Position numbers and translations under genes: made by a program. A stretch of 64,000 bases of DNA from Scyliorhinus canicula (Eukaryota), in NCBI RefSeq assembly GCF_902713615.1, contig NW_024055900.1:62001-126000 (forward strand), in the 5' to 3' direction. Positions 25,163 through 38,239 of the stretch are shown piece after piece. The stretch's first letter is position 1. Each line of letters starts with the position of its first letter. The notes below the pieces were generated by a model. It made no database searches, was not told the DNA's origin, and saw only the letters and a program-made list of their open reading frames with translations.

Positions 25163-25634
25163 ATGCGGCTACTCAGCATCTGGGTTGTGTGCGGAGCGCT
25201 TCTAACAGGTAATTGTGGACCAAACACATTTCATATTTTCTCTAATTTTTTACTTATGGCTTAAAATGGATTTTTAACAGTCCTGGGTCCGATCTTTTCT
25301 TCGATTTGAACCTGTTTTATTTTTCAGATCTGAGTCATGGAGATTCTGTCACCCAGCCGCTGTCCTCAGATGTTAAGACAGAAGGAGAAGAGTTGATTCT
25401 TGCCTGTAGATATGATACCACAGCGGGCAATTACTTTTTATACTGGTACCGGCAGCGTGCAGACTCCCAACCTGAGTTTATATTGTGGAAAGGCTCGGGG
25501 GGTGGTGAAGATAAAGCAGATTTTGCTAAAAGTCGTTTCTCTGCCGAGCTCCAGACATCGAATAAATTCACCAGTTTAACCATCTCGGCTCTGCAGCTGG
25601 CTGACGCTGCCGTTTATTACTGCGCTTTCAAACT
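25163..25634 (+). CDS. TRAV/TRDV: TCR alpha/delta-type V segment, intact
   Basis: Leader 25163-25208 MRLLSIWVVCGALLT; V exon 25328-25634 (DSVTQ...C...WYRQ...DAAVYYCAFKL). Confidence 0.95.
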
Positions 25635-25673
25635 CACAGTGATAGGAAACAGGCTCTGCCCTGTACAAAAACT
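25635..25673 (+). other. 23-RSS
   Basis: CACAGTG + 23 nt + ACAAAAACT. Confidence 0.95.
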
Positions 25674-26669
25674 ATCTTTCATTGCAGATAGCAGCTCCTT
25701 TCTGACGCGGTTGTTAGGCTGACGCAGCCACAAGGTTAAGCGAGAGGAAACCAAACTAACCGCCAATGAAACTGTTCCCAGGAGCGGCTGAAAACCCAAA
25801 CTGCAGAATTGAAGATGACAGACAGATCATCAGACAATCACATTGGAAGGCACTCTGGCTTTAATCATATGCTGCCACGCATCCGGATTCTCCCGCCTTT
25901 CTTTCCCGTGTCTCTCTGGCTCTGTGGGGCCAGTTGATGGCGATCTGGGCAATGGATTGAAAAGAAAACTGCCGCAGCGCCGCTACAGTCAGTCTGTAAA
26001 TTATCACCAGGAAACTCTGGATTGTTAATGACAGCTGAAATCACCCCAGCGCTAAGGAACATTCTGAAGCTCAATGGTCACTGGGTACACACGACTTGGG
26101 ATTTGTGTCAAAGATCACAGTCACTATCTTGTGGCTTCTGCTTATTTTGTGTACCTTGTCTCTGGCCCAGCATAACTCTCCGTTTAAATAAAAGCCGTGA
26201 ACAGGCCGCGGTCAAAGGCTACAGGAGTGTTCGTGGCCTTTTTTTGTTGAGTGATGCATTTTGTTGAAAACATCGCTGTGACTTTTATTGACAGGCAGAG
26301 TTTTTCCTTCGTTTTAGGCGCGTGACCGGCTGTCTGGGACTTCCAATGTGCGGATTCCACTATCTGGATCTCTTTGTATCGGTCCAGATTTCTGCACTTT
26401 CGGTAAATCGATCTGTCTTTCTAGTAAACATCCTTGCGTTGAAAAATGCATGGAAATAAAAACAAATTATTCAGCGAGTGACTGCAGAATTGGACAAGTT
26501 CAAACACCAAATTCCCTAAATGGAGCTGTGCTCGCTCTTACCAACCTCACCTGTTTTATTGGGGAGATTGTTGCCGTTTTGACTGCATGGCATTTGTTGT
26601 ATCAGAAGTTCAATGGAAAGACGATCTACATTTCTCACCCGATAGAGCATGTCCCTGGATGGCAGAGTT

Positions 26670-27650
26670 CATAGAAAAATACAGTGCGGAAAAGACCCTT
26701 CGGCCCATGGAGTCTGCACCGCCTTATGAAAGGCACTTAATCTACCAATCCTAATCCCATTCACCAGCACTTGGCCTATAGCCTTGAATGTTAAGACGTG
26801 CCAAGTGCTCATCATGGTAGTTTTTAAAGGATGTCAGTCAACCCGCCTCTACCACCCCCCCCCCCCCCCCCATAGTGAGTTCCAGACGTCACCACCCTCT
26901 GGGAAAAAGGTTTTCCTCAAATCCCTCCTGAACCTCTCACCCCTCACCTTGAACACGTGTCCCCTCGAACCGACCCTTCAACTAAGGGAAACAGCTTTTC
27001 TCTATCTACCCGCTCCGTGCACGTCATAATCTAGTACACCTCGATAAGGTCACCCCTCAGCCTTCTCTGCTCTAGCGAAAACAACCCAAGCCTATCCAAC
27101 CTCTCTTCATAACTTAAATGTTCCATCAGAGGCAACATCCTGGTGAATCGCCTCTGCACCCGCCCCAGTGCTATCACAACAAAGGACAAAAAACAAAGAA
27201 CAATACAGCACTGGAACAGGCACTTCTGCCCTCCAAGCCTGTGCCGCTCATGATACCAACATTGGCCAAAACCCTCAGGACTTCCTGTGCCGTATCCGTC
27301 TATACCCATCCTATCCATGTATTTGTCAAGATGACTTTTGAACGGCGTTAATATATCTGATTCTACAACCTCCCCTGGCAACGCATTCCAGGCACTCACC
27401 ACCCGCTGCGTAGAAATCCTGCCTCGCACATCTCCTCTAAACTTTGCCCCACGGACCTTAAACCTATGCCTACTGGTGGCTGACCCACCCACCATGGGAA
27501 AGAGTGCCTGCCCATCCACTCTATCAGTGCCCCTCAGGTCACCACTCGACCTCCGTCTTTCTAATGTAAACAGTCCGAGTCTATTCAGCCTCTCCACATG
27601 GCTAACACCCTCCAGACCAGGCACCATCCTGGTAAACATCCTCTGCACCC
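26670..27650 (-). mobile_element. CR1 3' fragments (two pieces)
   Basis: RLNRLGLFTLERRR, RGDLIEVY and HRFKVRG motifs plus 3' tail. Confidence 0.88.
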
Positions 27651-27794
27651 TCAGGTGCTTAAAACGAGTGATTCCAAATAAGCCTGTTCGATTTTAACAT
27701 GGCGTTGTAAGACTTCTTCGTATAACATACATTATTGATAGCAAAATGCTAGTCATATTGATGTATCTGTAAACATTGGGGTTGTACATGTCAG

Positions 27795-28138
27795 ATGGAG
27801 CCATTGAGATTCAGTGAAGCAGTCGGTAGCGGAATTGATGGTTCAGGAGTAAAGTAATGTGAACATCAGTTGCACCAAGAAAACAACAGATTCCTGTCCT
27901 TACGTGTTCATCCACAGTCAGGGTATGGACATTGTCCACAGCATGTGTTTTATCTCTATTGAGGTACTGCAAAGTCGGGAACCCCGACTTTACATTGCGA
28001 TTATTTCTCATGTTCGGTAATGCGAATAAACTACCGAGTAAATGATGAACACAATATCGATATCAGACTCCAGTGCCTATCTCTGTGCGATGGGGTCCCT
28101 CTATGCTGCAGGAATATAGCAGAGCCTGGACAAAAGTT
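27795..28138 (+). pseudogene. Decayed TCR V pseudogene related to the 21.9-kb V
   Basis: After an AG acceptor: DSVKQSVAELMVQE*SNVNISCTKKTTDSCPYVF..., later ISDSSAYLCAM, and a nonamer-like ACAAAAGTT at 28130-28138. Confidence 0.75.
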
Positions 28139-28194
28139 CACAGAAAGAGTTCCAGTAAGTGTCACAAATAGATACTCCCACACTAATAAAACAA

Positions 28195-28249
28195 AATCAG
28201 TAATTCTCCCACCACTGTGAGATTCACAGTGGTGGGAGAATTACTGATT
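28195..28249. repeat. Perfect 26-bp inverted repeat (3-nt loop) containing back-to-back RSS heptamers
   Basis: AATCAGTAATTCTCCCACCACTGTGA-GAT-TCACAGTGGTGGGAGAATTACTGATT. Confidence 0.95.
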
Positions 28250-28661
28250 AACTGAATTTAATTTATGGAATGGACCTCTGTGAGATTCACAGTGATTATT
28301 TTTTAAATTAAATTTAGTTAATATATCTCAGTTATAAAAATATAAACGTTAAAAACGCACCTCTGGAACTGTAATGAAATTCTGCCTTTCCATATATTTT
28401 CCATGTCTGTTCCATCTAATCGCTTGTCTCCATTTTGTAAATTCATCATCTTTTAACATTCTGTGTAATCTGCAAATTAGTGATGTCTTCTCCGAATATC
28501 AAGTCAGGGAGGTTCAATCTGAACAGCCTATAACGAGCAACTGTCACACCTGATCATTGATGTACATATGACTCCAGAGGCGCAGAAATCTCGTTGCCTC
28601 CCTGCTTCCCTCTGCAATAATCGAGCAAGCCATTCAGGTAAAGGGCTAATTAGAGATGGAC

Positions 28662-28777
28662 TGGATGCGGGATTGCGGGGCGGACTACCTGCATTTGGAC
28701 GTGATGGGCGGACATTTTGTGCCAAATATCACCTTTGGTCATCCTATGGTAGAATGTCTTCGTAAGGAACTTGGAAA
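28662..28777 (+). pseudogene. RPE: Fragment of ribulose-5-phosphate 3-epimerase coding sequence
   Basis: Translates [38 protein letters not shown], matching vertebrate RPE N-terminus [37 protein letters not shown]. Confidence 0.88.
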
Positions 28778-28919
28778 ATAACTGTCCTTGCCATCAATTT
28801 CCAAGTTAAGAATAAAAATTAAGCCATTTTAGTTCACAAAAAATTATATCTGATTTGCAGGAGTTAAGAAGACAATAGATATTTATAACTGGATGGGAAT
28901 TCCTGACAAAGAATTATAA

Positions 28920-29930
28920 AGCCATGGTAACATCGGAAATAGGGGCAGGAGGAGTATATTCTGCACTTCCGCCCTGCTCCTTCAATCATTATGATCATGG
29001 CTCATCGCCCAATTCAGTAACCTGTTCCCGCCTCCCCCCAATATCGTTTGATCCTCTTCGCCCCAGTACCATATCTAACTGCTTCTTGAAAACATGTTTT
29101 GACCTCAGCTCCTTTATGTGGTAAATAATTCCACAGGCTGACCACACTCTGTGTGAAAAAAAATTCTCATCATTTATGTCCTAAATGTTCTACCCCGTAT
29201 CTGCAGGCTGTGGCCCCTGGTTCTGGACTCCATCGGAAACATCCTTCTTGCATCTACTCTGTCTAGTCTTGTTCGGATTTTCTAGGTTTCTGTGATCCCC
29301 TCTCATTCTTCTGACTTCCTAAGAATACAGTCCGAGCCAACTCCATCCTTCCTCCTACATCAGACCCATCATCCCATGAATCAGTCTAGTACACGTTCTA
29401 TGCACTCCCTCTAGAGCAAGAACATCCTTTCTCAGAAAAAGAAACCACAATTACATACAATATTGCAGGCGTGGCCTCACCAAGATCCTGTATAATTGCA
29501 GCAAGACATCCCTGCTCCAGCATTCCAATCTTCTCTCTATGAAGGTCGACGTACCATTTGCCTTCTTTACCGCTTGATACACCTGCATGCTTACCTTCAG
29601 CGACTGGTGCACGAGGCCACCCAGGTCTCGTTCCACATCCGCCTCTCCTAAATTAAGTCCATTCAGGTAATAATCTACTGAACCGTATTTGCTACCAACG
29701 TACTCGCATTTATCCAAATTATACTGCTTCTGTCATTTATTTGCCAACTCACTCAACTTGTCCAAATCGCACTAAAGTATCTCCACATCCTCCTGACAGT
29801 TCACCCTTCTACCCAGAATGTGCCATCTACAAATATGTAAATATCAAATTTCGTTCCCTTATCCAAATGATTAATATATATTGTGAATAGCTGAGATCCC
29901 TGAATCGACCCCTGCGGTACATATCTGCCA
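28920..29930 (-). mobile_element. Decayed CR1 3' fragment
   Basis: AERDLGGLVHQSLK and VKKANG motifs. Confidence 0.85.
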
Positions 29931-30639
29931 ACCAGGTATCTATCCATATCAAAACACTACCTCCAGTCCCTTTCGCTTGATAATGATATCATGATTTAAA
30001 GAGGTGAACTATGATCTGGCTTCATTTTCCATCAGTCGGTTGCTTTGCTGTTTCACGAATCTTCTACACGAGCAAGAATACAGATACCTGGTGAATTCCA
30101 TTGCTTTATATCTACAGTAACTCACCAAGGTTCCTTAGTTGGCACATTCCAAACCCAGCCACTGCCACCTAGAAGTACAAGAACAGCAGATACCTGGGAA
30201 TACCACTATCTGGATGTTCACCCCCAACCCCACCAAGTCACCCACCTCAATGATTTGTAAATATATCAGATGTTCCTTCACTGTCGTTGGCTCAAAATAC
30301 TGGACATGCCACGTCCCCTATCAGCATTTGGGGTGTACAAACATCTCAGGGGCTGCAGTAGTTCAAGAAGCCCGTCCAGCACCACCTTCTAAAAAGGAAC
30401 TCTTTGTACGGCCACATCTGGAGTATCGTGAACAGTTTTGGTCTCATTTTCTGAGGAAGGATGCTCTTGCTTTGTAGGGAGTGGCGCGACGGTTTACCAG
30501 GCTGATTCCTGAGATGGCGGATCTGTCATATGCGGAGAGACGAAATCGGTCATGATTATATTTATTGAAGTTTAGAAGAGTGAGTAAATCTCATAGAAAG
30601 TTACACATTTCTAACAGGATTAGACAGGGTCGATCCAGT

Positions 30640-33010
30640 ATGTAATGGAACCTACGAGGGAACAAACGGTCCTAGATCTTGTCCTGTGTAATGAGACAGG
30701 ATTCATAGGTAGGGATCCTCTCGGAAGGAGCGATCACAATATGGTGGAATTTAAAATACAGATGGAGGGTGAGAAAGTAAAATCAAATACTAGTGTTTTG
30801 TGTTTAAACAAAGGAGATTACAAGGGGATGAGAGAAGAACTAGCTAAGGTAGACTGGGAGCTAAGACTTTATGGTGGAACAGTTGAGGAACAGTGAGAAC
30901 CTTCCAAGCGATTTTTCACAGTGCTCAGCAAAGGTTTATACCAACAAAAAGGAAGGACGGAAGAAAGAGGGAAAATCGACCGTGGATATCTAAGGAAATA
31001 AGGGAGAGTATCAAATTGAAGGAAAAAGCATATAAAGTGGCAAGATTGCTGGGAGATTAGAGGACTGGGAAATCTTTAGGGGGCAACAGAAAGCTACTAA
31101 AAAAGCTATGAAGAAGAGTAAGATAGAGTATGAGAGTAAACTTGCTCAGAATATAAAAACAGACAGTAAAGGTTTTTACAAATATATAAGACAAAAAAGA
31201 GTGGCTAAGGTAAATATTGGTCCTTTAGAGGATGAGAAGGGAGTTTTAATAATGGGAAATGAGGAAATGGCTGAGGAACTGAACAGGTTTTTTGGGTCGG
31301 TCTTCACAGTGGAAGACACAAATAACATGCCAGCGACTGATAGAAATGAGGCTATGACAGGTGAGGACCTTGAGAGGATTGTTATCACTAAGGAGGGAGT
31401 GATGGGCAAGCTAATGGGGCTAAAGGTAGACAAGTCTCCAGGCCCTGATGGAATGCACCCCAGAGTGCTAAAAGAGATGGCTAGGGAAATTGCAGATGCA
31501 CTAGTGATAATTTACCGAAATTCACTAGACTCTGGGGTGGTCCTGGTGGATTGGAAATTAGCAAACGTGACGCCACTGTTTAAAAAAGGAGGTAGCAGAA
31601 AGCAGGAAATTATAGGCCAGTGAGCTTAACGTCGGTAGTAGGGAAGATGCTGGAATCTATCATCAAGGAAGAAATTGCGAGGCATCTGGATAGAAATTGT
31701 CCCATTGGGCAGACGCAGCAGGGGTTCGTAAAGGGCAGGTCATGCCTAACTAATTTAGTGGAATATTTTGAGGACATTACCAGTGCAGTAGATAACGGGG
31801 AGCCGATGGATGTGGTATATCTGGATTTCCAGAAAGCCTTTGACAAGGTGCCACACAAAAGGTTGCTGCATAAGATAAAGATGCATGGCATTAAGGGTAA
31901 AGTAGTAGCATGGATAGAGGATTGGTTAATTAATAGAAAGCAAAGAGTTGGGATAAACGGGTGTTTCTCTGGTTGGCAATCAATAGCTAGTGGTGTCCCT
32001 CAGGGATCCGAGTTGGGCCCACAATTGTTCACAATTTACATAGTTGATTTGGAGTTGGGGACCAAGGGCAATGTGTCCAAGTTTACAGATGACACTAAGA
32101 TGAGTGGTAAAGCAAAAAGTGCAGAGGATACTGGAAGTCTGCAGAGGGATTTGGATAGGTTAAGTGAATGGGCTAGGGTCTGGCAGATGAAATACAATGT
32201 TGACAAATGTGAGGTTATCCATTTTGGTAGGAATAACAGCAAACGGGATTATTATTTAAACGATAAAATATTAAAGCATGCCGCTGTTCAGAGAGACTTG
32301 GGTGTGCTAGTGCATGAATCACAGAAGGTTGGTTTACAAGTGCAACAGGTGATTAAGAAGGCAAATTGAATTTTGTCCTTCATTGCTAGAGGGATGGAGT
32401 TTAAGACTAGGGAGGTTATGTTGCAATTGTATAAGGTGTTAGTGCGGCCACACATGGAGTATTGTGTTCAGTTTTGGTCTCCTTACTTGAGAAAGGACGT
32501 ACTGGCGCTGGAGGGTGTGCAGAGGAGATTCACTAGGTTAATCCTAGAGCTGAAGCGGTTGCTTTATGAGGAGAGGTTGAGTAGACTGGGACTGTACTCG
32601 TTGGAATTTAGAAGGATGAGGGGGGATCTTATAGAAACATTTAAAATTATGAAGGGCATAGACAGGATAGATGCGGGCAGGTTGTTTCCATTGGCGGCTG
32701 ACAGCAGAACTAGGGGACATAGCCTCAAAATAAGGGGAAGTAGATTTAGGACTGAGTTTAGGAGGAACATCTTCACCCAAGGGGTTGTGAATCTATGGAA
32801 TTCCTTGCCCAGTGAAGCAGTTGAGGCTCCTTCATTACATGTTTTTAAGGTAAAGATAGATAGTTTTTTTGAAGAATAAAGGGATTAAGGGTTATGGTGT
32901 TCGGGCCGGAAAGTGGAGCTGAGTCCACAAAAGATCAGCCATGATCTAATTGAATGGCGGAGCAGGCTCGAGGGGCCAGATGGCCTACTCCTGCTCCTAG
33001 TTCTTATGTT
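30640..33010 (+). mobile_element. 5'-truncated CR1-clade LINE (RT region + 3' UTR)
   Basis: ORF pieces 31108-31623, 31620-32369 and 32373-32879 with KSPGPDG, DFQKAFDKV, GVPQGS.LGP and F(T)DD motifs; ends in a short TTCTTATG repeat tail. Confidence 0.95.
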
Positions 33011-33648
33011 CTTATGTTCCCGATGGCGGTGGAGTCCAGAACTCGGGATCATAGTTTTGGGATATGAGGCAGACCTTTTAGGACTAATCTTGGTGAATCT
33101 GTAGAATTCGGTACCACAGAAAGTAGTTGGCAAAATATAGGTTAATTTCAAGAAGGAATTAGGTATAGCTCTTAGAGATAATGGGATCAAGGATATTGGG
33201 GGAAGGCGGGATCAGGGTATTGAACCTGATGATCAGCCATGATCATAATGAATGGCGGAACCGGCTCGTAGGGTCGAATGGTCTCTTGCTGTTTCTCTTA
33301 TCTACGTATGCTTCTGTGCAACAGTATATGCTTCATCACACATCGGCATAAAATCAATTCTCAGTAACGGACCCGTCTCAGTTACATGGAAAATGATCAC
33401 AGTTCAGCTTTTTGCGCAGCAGTCACTGCACTTCCTAGTTCCTCACTCTGATACTATGTCTTATGATCGTCAGTATCTCTGATCAAAGCGCCTATCTAAT
33501 GGCAGTTACAGAGAGAAACACCGCAGTAACATTCTCCGCGGTCACCCTGCCCGCAGGTTCCGTTAGCTGTTCTCTATTGAACCTCCCGGCCTGTTCTGTG
33601 CTATTGGAGAGATTGCTGCAGCTATTCCGGAACAGTAACAAGCAGCGA

Positions 33649-33687
33649 GGTTTTTGTACAGCGAATGCCGGGATTTGTCTCAGTGTG
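33649..33687 (-). other. 23-RSS
   Basis: CACACTG + 23 nt + ACAAAAACC. Confidence 0.93.
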
Positions 33688-34123
33688 CGGCTGAATCGCA
33701 CAGTAATAAACAGCGCCATCAGCGTTCTCCGTGTTTTTAATGATCAATTGTCCTCGTTTGTCGTCACTGTAAAGATTCAGTTTAAAACGACCGCTTCGGC
33801 CGTCACTGGTCAATGTTTTCCTTATAATCCATTCCAGTCCCTGACCGGGTTTCTGTTTGTACCAATGCATGGCGTAAAAGCTCGATACCTCATAGCTACA
33901 GTCTAACTGCGCGGAATTCCCTCTCTGGACACTTTTCCACGCGGTAGATTGAAGCACCCGGTCCGAGAAACATCCACCTGAGAAAAAAAATAAGAATAAA
34001 TCACTGGAACAACAATAAAATAAAATAAACAAACGATTTGGGTACGGTGGTGCAACTCCTGTACCTACAGGTTAGCATCGTCAGAATAAAGGGTAATATA
34101 TTTAATTGTACAATGCTGTACAT
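33688..34123 (-). CDS. TRAV/TRDV: TCR alpha/delta-type V segment, intact (paralog of the 15.0-kb V)
   Basis: Leader 34123-34069 MYSIVQLNILPFILTMLT; V exon 33977-33688 (DRVLQS...C...WYKQ...DGAVYYCAIQP). Confidence 0.94.
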
Positions 34124-34220
34124 CACTACAATTAAAATGTCAAATCTCGGTGAGAAAGCGGGACACAGATCAGATTTGAAGAGAATGAATGGAGTGGGAG
34201 AAGTGTTGCAATGCCGGCTG

Positions 34221-34260
34221 ATTGATGTCAGTGACGCGCACCTATTGTCTCAGTCACGTG
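34221..34260 (-). promoter_or_regulatory. V promoter motifs: CRE/decamer-like TGATGTCA and E-box CACGTGAC
   Basis: Same motifs and order are conserved upstream of the paralog at 14889-14930. Confidence 0.55.
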
Positions 34261-34479
34261 CTTTCGCTGCGCTTGCGTTGCTTTGAATCGGATATTGACC
34301 TGATGGAGGAGGTGATTTATTGCTGTCCGCTGCTCTTTCACCGGGCGTTTCACATGTGAACATATCAGTTGTATAAAGACCAGGATGTTCTTCTTCCTGT
34401 GGAGTGAAGAGAGGCGAACCGCATCCCGTTCTCAGCGTGACTGAGTGAGGGAGAAATCTGATCGCCCAGGGCCGAATTC

Positions 34480-34752
34480 AGTCACTGTCTGTGCGGAGTC
34501 TGCACATCTTCCCCATGGGTACGTGGGTTTCCTCCGGGTGCTCCGGTTTCCTCCCACAGTCCAAAGATGTGCAGGTTAGGTGGATTAGCCATGATAAATT
34601 GCCCTTCGTGTCCAAAATTGCCCTTAGTGTTGGGTGGGGTTACTGGGTTATGGGATAGGGTGGAGTTGTTGACCTTGGGTAGAGTGCTGTTTCCAAGAGC
34701 CGTTGCAGACACGATGGGCCGAATGGCCTCCTGCTGCACTGTCAACTCTATG
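34480..34752 (+). mobile_element. HE1-type SINE, 5'-truncated
   Basis: Core and tail. Confidence 0.85.
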
Positions 34753-35529
34753 AAAAAATCAATCAAGCCCTTTCCAGACAGAGTAAATGAATGCTGAGGG
34801 AAAAGACAATAATTGACAGGAGGACAGCTCGATGAGCCATTCCCTTACTGCATGTATGGAACCTGCGGTATATGCTTCACAAAGTAGTCAACAAATAGAG
34901 TAAAATCTGATTGACCCTTTTCTTACAGGATGGATGAAAGCAGCTCCACTGTAAAAACGTCAACATGTTCACGAAAGAAGAGCAGCTATATCCTGATTGG
35001 TTGTGTGGAATCTGCAGTAGGAACTGTTTTGGCCCGGTCAGTCATTGTCTCACCCTGTCTCACTGCTTATCAAACGCTTCAATGTCTGATGCTCTAGTGT
35101 TCTTAATACTGTCATAACTTCCTCTTCGGTCAACAGGTTGTCACTGTTATCACGCTAATATGATAAATTTCCGGCCCCCTTTTTGTTTAGTTGACTGTCC
35201 TTGTGCATGCATTCGGTATTGATGGTGTTTGCAATGTGGGATATCTCAATTGGGATAATTCTGATTGTAACTGTTTCTGTCACGTTTGAGTGTAATTTTA
35301 TCTCATATTTCCCCAGAGTCAGGTCACATTGCAATGCTGATTGTCTATTGAGACTGACACGCAATCCCGTGTCGCTATTTCTCAACTCACGACTCAATAC
35401 AGTTATGTTTTCTGAAAATGTGCACTAAATTGCCATGTTTTGTGTAAGATTCATATTATTCAACATTCTCGCACCCGGAGTCAGTTTCGCCTCAGGGAAG
35501 TGTGAAGAGGGCCTCCTGTCGCGCGCGAA

Positions 35530-38182
35530 CGGCAGCGCGGTAGCACAGTGGTTAGCACAGTTGCTTCACAGCGCCATATCCCAGGTTCGATTCCCGGATT
35601 GGGTCACTGTCTGTGCGGAGTCTGCACGTTCTCCCCGTGTCTGAGTGGGTTTCCTCTCGGTGCTCCGGTTTCCTCCCACAGTCCAAAGATGTGCGGGTTA
35701 GGTGGATTGGCCATGCTAAATTGCCCGTAGTGTCCTAATAAAAGTAAGGTTAAGGGGGGGTTGTTGGGTTACGGGTATAGGGTGGATACGTGGGTTTGAG
35801 TAGGGCGATCATGGCTCGGCACAACATTGAGGGCCGAAAGGCCTGTTCTGTGCTGTACTGTTCTATGTTCTATCTGCAGGTTAGCTGGATTGGCCATGCT
35901 ATATTGCCCTTAGTGTCTAAAAAGGTTATGGTGGAGTTACGGGTATAGGGTGGTGTGGGGCTTAAGTGGGGTGCTCTTTCCAAAGGTCGGTACAGACTCG
36001 ATGGTCCGAATGGCCTCCTTCTGCACTGTAAATTCTATGTCCTAAAGTCGACATGAGGGTAGCGAATGGATTTTTATCCTGTGGGATTTGCATTGAAATC
36101 CAGACGATTGTGAAGGATTAAAGTTCTTCGCAAACTGAGCAAGCTGCATTTTCCTCAGAAGGGGAAGGTCCAGAAATTCAGGTTCGGGCAGGGGGATGCG
36201 GAGTGTAGTTATATTGATTTATCTCATATTGTAAGTCACCATAGTTCCAGATGACCAGAGGCGGTATTCTTCTTTTTGGGGGAGAGTTGACTGCTGGTGA
36301 TTTTACCTGAGAAAAGCGGGGCATTCCTGATAAACTTCAGCCACAACGGGAATTGAACCCAAGCTGCTGCCCTTATCCTGAATCACCAACCAACTCTCCA
36401 GCTAACTGTGCTAAACTGGGCCTTACATTGTACAGTACTTACCATCAGCTAAATATGGATAATCTCCAGCGGTTGACAAGGAAACACCAAAACCTCAATA
36501 CGTCAGAGCACCAGCTGATTGCCCGGGAGTATATATTGTTCTTTTATTATCATAGAATTTCTGCTGCACAAGGATGCCATTCGGCAGACAGAGCCTGCAC
36601 CAACCACCGTGAAGAGAACCTTACCGAGTCCCACTCCACCACCCTATCCAATATAGGGCAATTTAGCATGTTTAATCCACCAAACCTGCACATCTTCCTG
36701 ATTGTGGGAGGAAACAAAAACACTCGGAGGAAACCTACATATATACAGGGAGAACATGAAAACTCCAAACAGACAGTCACCCAAGGGAGGAATTGAACCA
36801 GCTTCTCTGGTACATCCCAAAGCAAGGACTACGTGCTGAGGGATGCATTAATTATTGAGGCACACGTCCGAGAAATGCAAACCGGGAGGTCGCTGCGTCA
36901 GGTCTCTCAGCTTTAATGGATCGAGGAAAGGGGAATTGTACACACTGCTTGGGCTGTAGGAACTGTGGGCACCACGGTAGCATGGTGGTTAGCATAAATG
37001 CTTCACAGCTACAGGGTCCCAGGTTCGGTTCCCGGCTGGGTCACTGTCTGTGCGGAGTCTGCACGTCCTCCCCGTGTGTGCGTGGGTTTCCTCCGTGTGC
37101 TCCGGTTTCCTCCCACAGTCCAAAGATGTGCGGGTTAGGTGGATTGGCCATGATAAATTGCCCGTAGTGTCCTAATAAAGTAAGGTTAAGGGGGGGTTAT
37201 TGGGTTACGGGTATAGGGTGGTTACGTGGGTTTGAGTAGGGTGATCATGGCTCGGCACAACATCGAGGGCCGAAGGGCCTGTTCTGTGCTGTACTGTTCT
37301 ATGTACAGTGAATATTAGACGCATTGCAATTGTACAATTATTTATTTAGTGATAGCACCTAAAACAAACAACTCATATTGATCTTGCTATGTCGAGTGCG
37401 CATAGGCCAACATTGAGTCTGTACATTGGACGTTCTTCTATCAAAGGCTCCAATATTGCATAGATTTGAAGCAACTCAGAGTTGAACTTGCTCTATTACA
37501 CAATGAAATGCAATTGCACTTTTTGTAATGACCATTTTGAAATGACTGTAATGTTCGTTTGAATGTACAGAAGTACCTGAGAGTGCAACTTAATGTCGGT
37601 AGAAAACATGCACATTATCGCACATTGCGTGATGGCTATTTTGAAATGTTTTAATGTTCTTTCAGATATTTATAAATAGATTGTATTCCCGCAAGAAAGA
37701 AACACCACGATAGTGTGCACATTCGGACACATGCTGGCTTGAGGAGATTTAAATCAACACCAATATCCTGGAGGCAACAGGCATCAAGGAGATTAAAGAG
37801 ATAAGGTGGATTGCGGCCATGGAGCCAATTGTATGGCAGTACGGTAACATTGTGGATAGCATAATTGCTTCACAGCTCCAGAGTCTCAGCTTCGATTCCG
37901 ACTAGGGTCACTGTCTGTGTGGAGTCTGCACATCCTCCCTGTGTGTGCGTGCGTTTCCTTCGGGTTCTCCGGTTTCCTCCCACAATCCAAAGATGTGCAG
38001 GTTACGTGGATTGACCATGATAAATTGCCCTTAGTGTCCAAAATTGTCCTGAGTGTTGTGTGGGGTTACTGGGTTATGGGGATCGGGTGGATGTGTTGAC
38101 CTTGGGTAGGGCGCTCTTGTCAAGAGCCGGTGCAGATTCGATGGGCCGAATGGCCTCCTTCTGCCCTGTAAATTCTATGATA
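35530..38182. mobile_element. Cluster of HE1-type SINEs (about 35530-35873 +, 35874-36040 +, 36550-36800 -, 36968-37303 +, 37833-38182 +)
   Basis: Repeated head/core/tail matches. Confidence 0.88.
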
Positions 38183-38239
38183 ATCTATGTATCAAGAGAA
38201 TGTGAATATCAGTATGTTTCGTGGACAAAACTTTATGTA

